DNA of 50,185 bases from Octopus bimaculoides (taxonomy: Eukaryota). The stretch covers positions 16,160,393 through 16,210,577 of the forward strand of contig NC_068981.1 of NCBI RefSeq assembly GCF_001194135.2, written 5' to 3'. Positions within the stretch are counted from its first letter, which is position 1. Every line of letters begins with the position of its first letter. This document shows, piece after piece, positions 46,691 to 50,185 of this stretch. The notes below the pieces were generated by a model. The model was given only the letters and a program-made list of their open reading frames with translations. It had not been told where the DNA came from and did no database searches. The position numbers and the translations under genes are program-made.

Positions 46691-47762
46691 ACTTTCCTTA
46701 CTCGGTTACAAAACAAATATACCAAATCATCTGAAACTTTCAACCCTCAAAAGCTTTGGTGCTCTTGTAACATCACGTTCATACCACTGCGAGATCTCCT
46801 ATCCAAAGGACAACTTTCTGTAATCAGTTGCTGGCTGTCAACAATGCCCATTTGCTCATTTCCCCAAATTGTTTTTTCGCATACAGACATTCAAGACTCA
46901 ACTTACAAAAATAAAATACAAATGAAACAAATAAAACACAATTAAAATAGATCACCTTCATTACCTCAAATATGGGATTTTTTTGTTATTGTTACTAACC
47001 AAACAACTTTAGGGCTCTTTGAACAAGCAAGCTGCTTGCTACTACTGCGCAAGCTTATTTGATTTAACTACCTTCTGTTCTCTTTCTATCTCTACAGAGC
47101 TTTATTAATCTACTTTAATCCACGCTTTCCTTATAAGCAGCATGCATCTCTCGCCCTTAATGAATGCCGACCTAATTGGAGTCATAAATAGGAGAGGGTC
47201 TGCAAAGCTCGAGGTTGTACCCTCCAACACTAACACGCTCACAATCACACATAACCAAGTGTCTCAAAGAACTTCGTGTATATTGATTTTACTTATGTTC
47301 TGCTGCTGCTTTCTCATAAGGGAAAAGTATTGAGATAATGAGGTTTCCATCCATCGTTAAATTGCTCTCTATTTGATAAGATTTTCCCCAGTACAACTTG
47401 ACCCCTTGAAACTAATTCTGTTTCTTACACATTAGTTGGTTTCATCCATATATTAGTGCGAAGAGGTGAGAACGTAACCAATGCCTTCTTTTAGCTGCAA
47501 GAATAACAATATAAGGTTTGATTTGTAAATAGATATGTCGTTTTTTCAGCAAATATGGGGAAAACTTAGAGAGGTTTCTCGTATGGCTGCAATTCTACAA
47601 ATACAGAACTGAACAAACTCTTCCCTATAAATTTCGGGCCAAACACTGCTGCAGAAATGAAAGGGAAAGGACTTCAAGTGTCTATGCATGTATTGCTCAA
47701 TAAATAAGTAATATTAGTTCAATAGATTTTGTATGTGTCAATAGCTAAAACGTGTTACTTAC

Positions 47763-47956
47763 CGCGGTGATATCTCGGAGCCTTGCTGCATTAGTGCGCC
47801 AAGTGAGAACCAAAATGTGTTGGATAGATTGAATGTGTTCATTGTTTTTGGTCCTCGACTTGTATCTTCTGAATGCCATTCATAGGGACTGAAACGTCCC
47901 ACAAAGAACAGCACCAAACTTACAGCTACATAACCAATGGTTATGCAAATCCAAAC
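47763..47956 (-). CDS. Exon of an ionotropic glutamate receptor (non-NMDA, AMPA/GRIA-like): M1, M1-M2 loop and pore loop M2 including the Q/R site
   Basis: Minus strand reads ...tttgtttcttacactctatattttcgtcccatgcAG|GTT TGG ATT TGC ... ATG CAG CAA GGC TCC GAG ATA TCA CCG CG|GTaagt. The 194 nt give VWICITIGYVAVSLVLFFVGRFSPYEWHSEDTSRGPKTMNTFNLSNTFWFSLGALMQQGSEISP plus CG. RFSPYEWH and WFSLGALMQQG..ISPR are AMPA-type iGluR motifs. Phase 0 start, phase 2 end. Confidence 0.96.
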
Positions 47957-50144
47957 CTGCATGGGACGAAAATATAGAGTGTAAGAAACAAACAAATCAC
48001 TGAAATTAAATGAAATATGGCTATTCTTGATATTTTTTTTTTTCATTTCTGTTATATTATACGCATAAAATTTCAGGAAGTATGGTCGTCCGGATATCTA
48101 TCGCAAAGCCTGAACTGACGGAAGGCGTGCCTATTTAAATACATTTCGTTTTATTTTCGTGAGTCCATTTATGAGAGGAATGGTGAGATACTTTAACGAA
48201 AAAACAAAACGTGTAAACTAGCTGTGAATACTCGGAAACGAATGTAATAGAAAAGATAAACAATCTTTAAAAATAACTGTCAAATAAACTCAAATACCAT
48301 ATGTTAAAAATAGAGAGTCAAAATTAAAAGAAAAGATGAAGAAAACGTGAAGAGGGACAGTATGATAAATTTTGATTAGGATACAAATCAGCAGTTTTAC
48401 GAAGTTTTTCTGCGACAACGAACCTAGAAATTGTTGAATTCCTGTTTAAATGAGAAATATTTTCTAGTGTTAATTAACAATGGTGCTTTTCTCAGCTGTG
48501 TTGTTTTCTGCTAGATGTATTTATTAACAGCTAGAATTCATAGGCATATGTACGTTAGTGGCTTCTTGTGCCTAAAACTGTAGAGAAATGAAGAAAAATC
48601 CCAGCATCTTAGGAAAGTTCTTTTATAATGCTATACTTTGTACCTTTGGAAGAATGAATTAATGATTAGTAAGGCGGTGGAAGAGGAGGAGAAATATCGA
48701 CTGAACTGATAATGAGTGCAAAGTTTCTCAGAATAATCGAACGTTTTTCAGGTTAACATTTGACTGCTCTGAAGTTTGACCTTCACCTCTAAGACAATCA
48801 ATAAAATAGATTGGGATCCCTTAAATCGAATAAAATATTATTTCTTTTGAAACTGTATATTATATCTTTTTGATAAAGAAATCATTATTCATTTCATCTT
48901 AACGTAAATTGTAGAATTATAATTAATTTTAAGATAACTACTAACTAAATCACTTGGGGAAAGTATGATTACCATACCTTCCCATTCTTCTCGCCTAATA
49001 TCCGTACGCTTCGTGCTCCTCCAAGAATCAATTGTCTGTTTGATAATAAGGTGTAAATTGGTTGAGGTGGATGCTATCTGAATTTCCTATCACACTTTAG
49101 ACGAGCTTGTCAATGCCAGTTAATTCGACAGCTACTGTCTAAGATATGAATGTTATTAAGTGATTATTGCTTCTTTTAACTGTTCATAATGTAAATATTT
49201 ATCAAGTTAATCTATTAAAAGGTCACAATGATCGAGAGACACAAAGAGTAACTCAGTCTTTAAAAGTGCATGAAAAACAAGGAAACAAATCATTCTTGGA
49301 ATATTCGAAAATCTGTTTCTAAGGAATATTCTAAAGTCTGTTTCCTTCTTAAGTATGATTTCTTGTAATAGAAACAAGTGCCCTGAGTTGTATGAAAACG
49401 AACAAGCTGTAGGGAATACCGAAATAAAAGACACACAAAACAATCATGATCGCAGAATATTTGTGGAAGTATGAATGCTAAGCATAGGTTCTGGAAAAAA
49501 AGTGTAAATCGACATTTAGTCGGAATGAGTCAGTATCATTTCATGAATTGATAGCGAGGATACTTCTTCGATTGAAAGATATTTAATATAAATTAATTAC
49601 AAGATCTAAGGAAAAGAAAAAGAAAAATCGTCGATTTCTCCGAGATTAAGTTTCAGCTTATAAATTATCCCAATCTGGTTGAGATAAATAATCTAATTGA
49701 AATTGTAATATCTGCATCATCTCTATTTTGTTAGGATAAAATGCATAATAAATTTCGTTGTCACAATCATTAAAGACTGCCAATAAACAGATATAAAGTG
49801 TGACTCAATACCACTCAACAATTACCCATTAAATACATACAAAACTTTCATTATTTCGAAGATGTGCACGATAAAAGTATTAGCAATATCACAGGACTAC
49901 AGGTTTAAATATATAATTACAATGAGAATGAGGGTTAATCATCCTATGGAATAAAGCAAATTTAGTAATCCCATAAAGAGAATTCTATTTTGATAAATAT
50001 ATTTTTTTGTAAAACACTATCGTTGAATCAATTCGATTTAATACTTTAAAATTATATTAATGTGTATATCATTGCCCACAGAGGTTAGTAGAATGTACAG
50101 ATTGAACATGTGTGTGCATGCATATATACATATATACAAATATA

Positions 50145-50185
<41 letters not shown>

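Larger units (their letters stand above)
18744..47762 (-). other. 29,019-nt phase-2 GT-AG intron of the iGluR gene, splitting the Arg codon of ISPR|S
   Basis: GTAAGT donor at 47762-47757 and AG acceptor at 18745-18744. The joined reading frame [11 protein letters not shown] is continuous with the iGluR consensus, so no intervening exon is required. Confidence 0.92.

Noticed and set aside
47031-47045. agcaagc-t-gcttgct palindrome
   Set aside because: A 7-bp stem with a 1-nt loop; too short to be meaningful.
47202-47213. gcaaagctcgag as a possible editing-complementary sequence for the exon segment GCAAGGCUCCGAG
   Set aside because: Only about 12 bp with a bulge, and pairing does not extend over the Q/R adenosine; expected by chance.
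47452-47473. attagtgcg...gtgagaac, a direct near-repeat of exon bases 47790-47810
   Set aside because: Same orientation, so it cannot pair with the exon. Similarity does not extend either side and translation gives no duplicated-exon signal.
47957-48046. N-terminal part of ORF 47759..48046 (MKKKNIKNSHISF...FRPMQ)
   Set aside because: It is intronic read-through upstream of the acceptor at 47957; iGluR homology begins at VWIC.
48950-49100. Minus-strand frame ...DIRREEWEGMVII with a possible G|GTATGG donor, superficially like the iGluR S1 motif EWNGM
   Set aside because: The rest of the frame has no iGluR similarity, the acceptor is purine-rich, and the exon expected here should end in the pre-M1 PGVFSFxxPL segment.

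Overview
AT-rich eukaryotic DNA with dense microsatellites and 11 N-gaps. The SINE repertoire suggests a coleoid cephalopod, probably Octopus (inference, not verified). The only host gene supported is a non-NMDA, AMPA-like ionotropic glutamate receptor on the minus strand, seen as two consecutive exons: 47956-47763 (M1, pore loop M2 with the Q/R site) and 18743-18545 (M3 with SYTANLAAF, start of S2). They join in frame across a 29,019-nt GT-AG intron. No further exon was found in 1-18544 or 47957-50185. The rest is intron filled with decayed mobile DNA: R4/Dong and RTE LINE pieces, Penelope-like remnants, a Helitron helicase split by a SINE, a mariner, a Tc1/mariner MITE and many tRNA-derived SINEs. 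Most notable: (1) a 344-nt unit bounded by ~110-nt direct repeats with a hammerhead-ribozyme core whose predicted cleavage site falls at the repeat boundary (retrozyme-like); (2) a 175-nt near-perfect hairpin and inverted SINE pairs in the intron after the Q/R-site exon (candidate ADAR/Dicer substrates); (3) a second hammerhead core on the gene's own strand. Almost all ORF-track entries are microsatellite, N-gap or transposon artefacts. All alignments and folds were done by eye; repeat boundaries are approximate unless a TSD or TIR is quoted.
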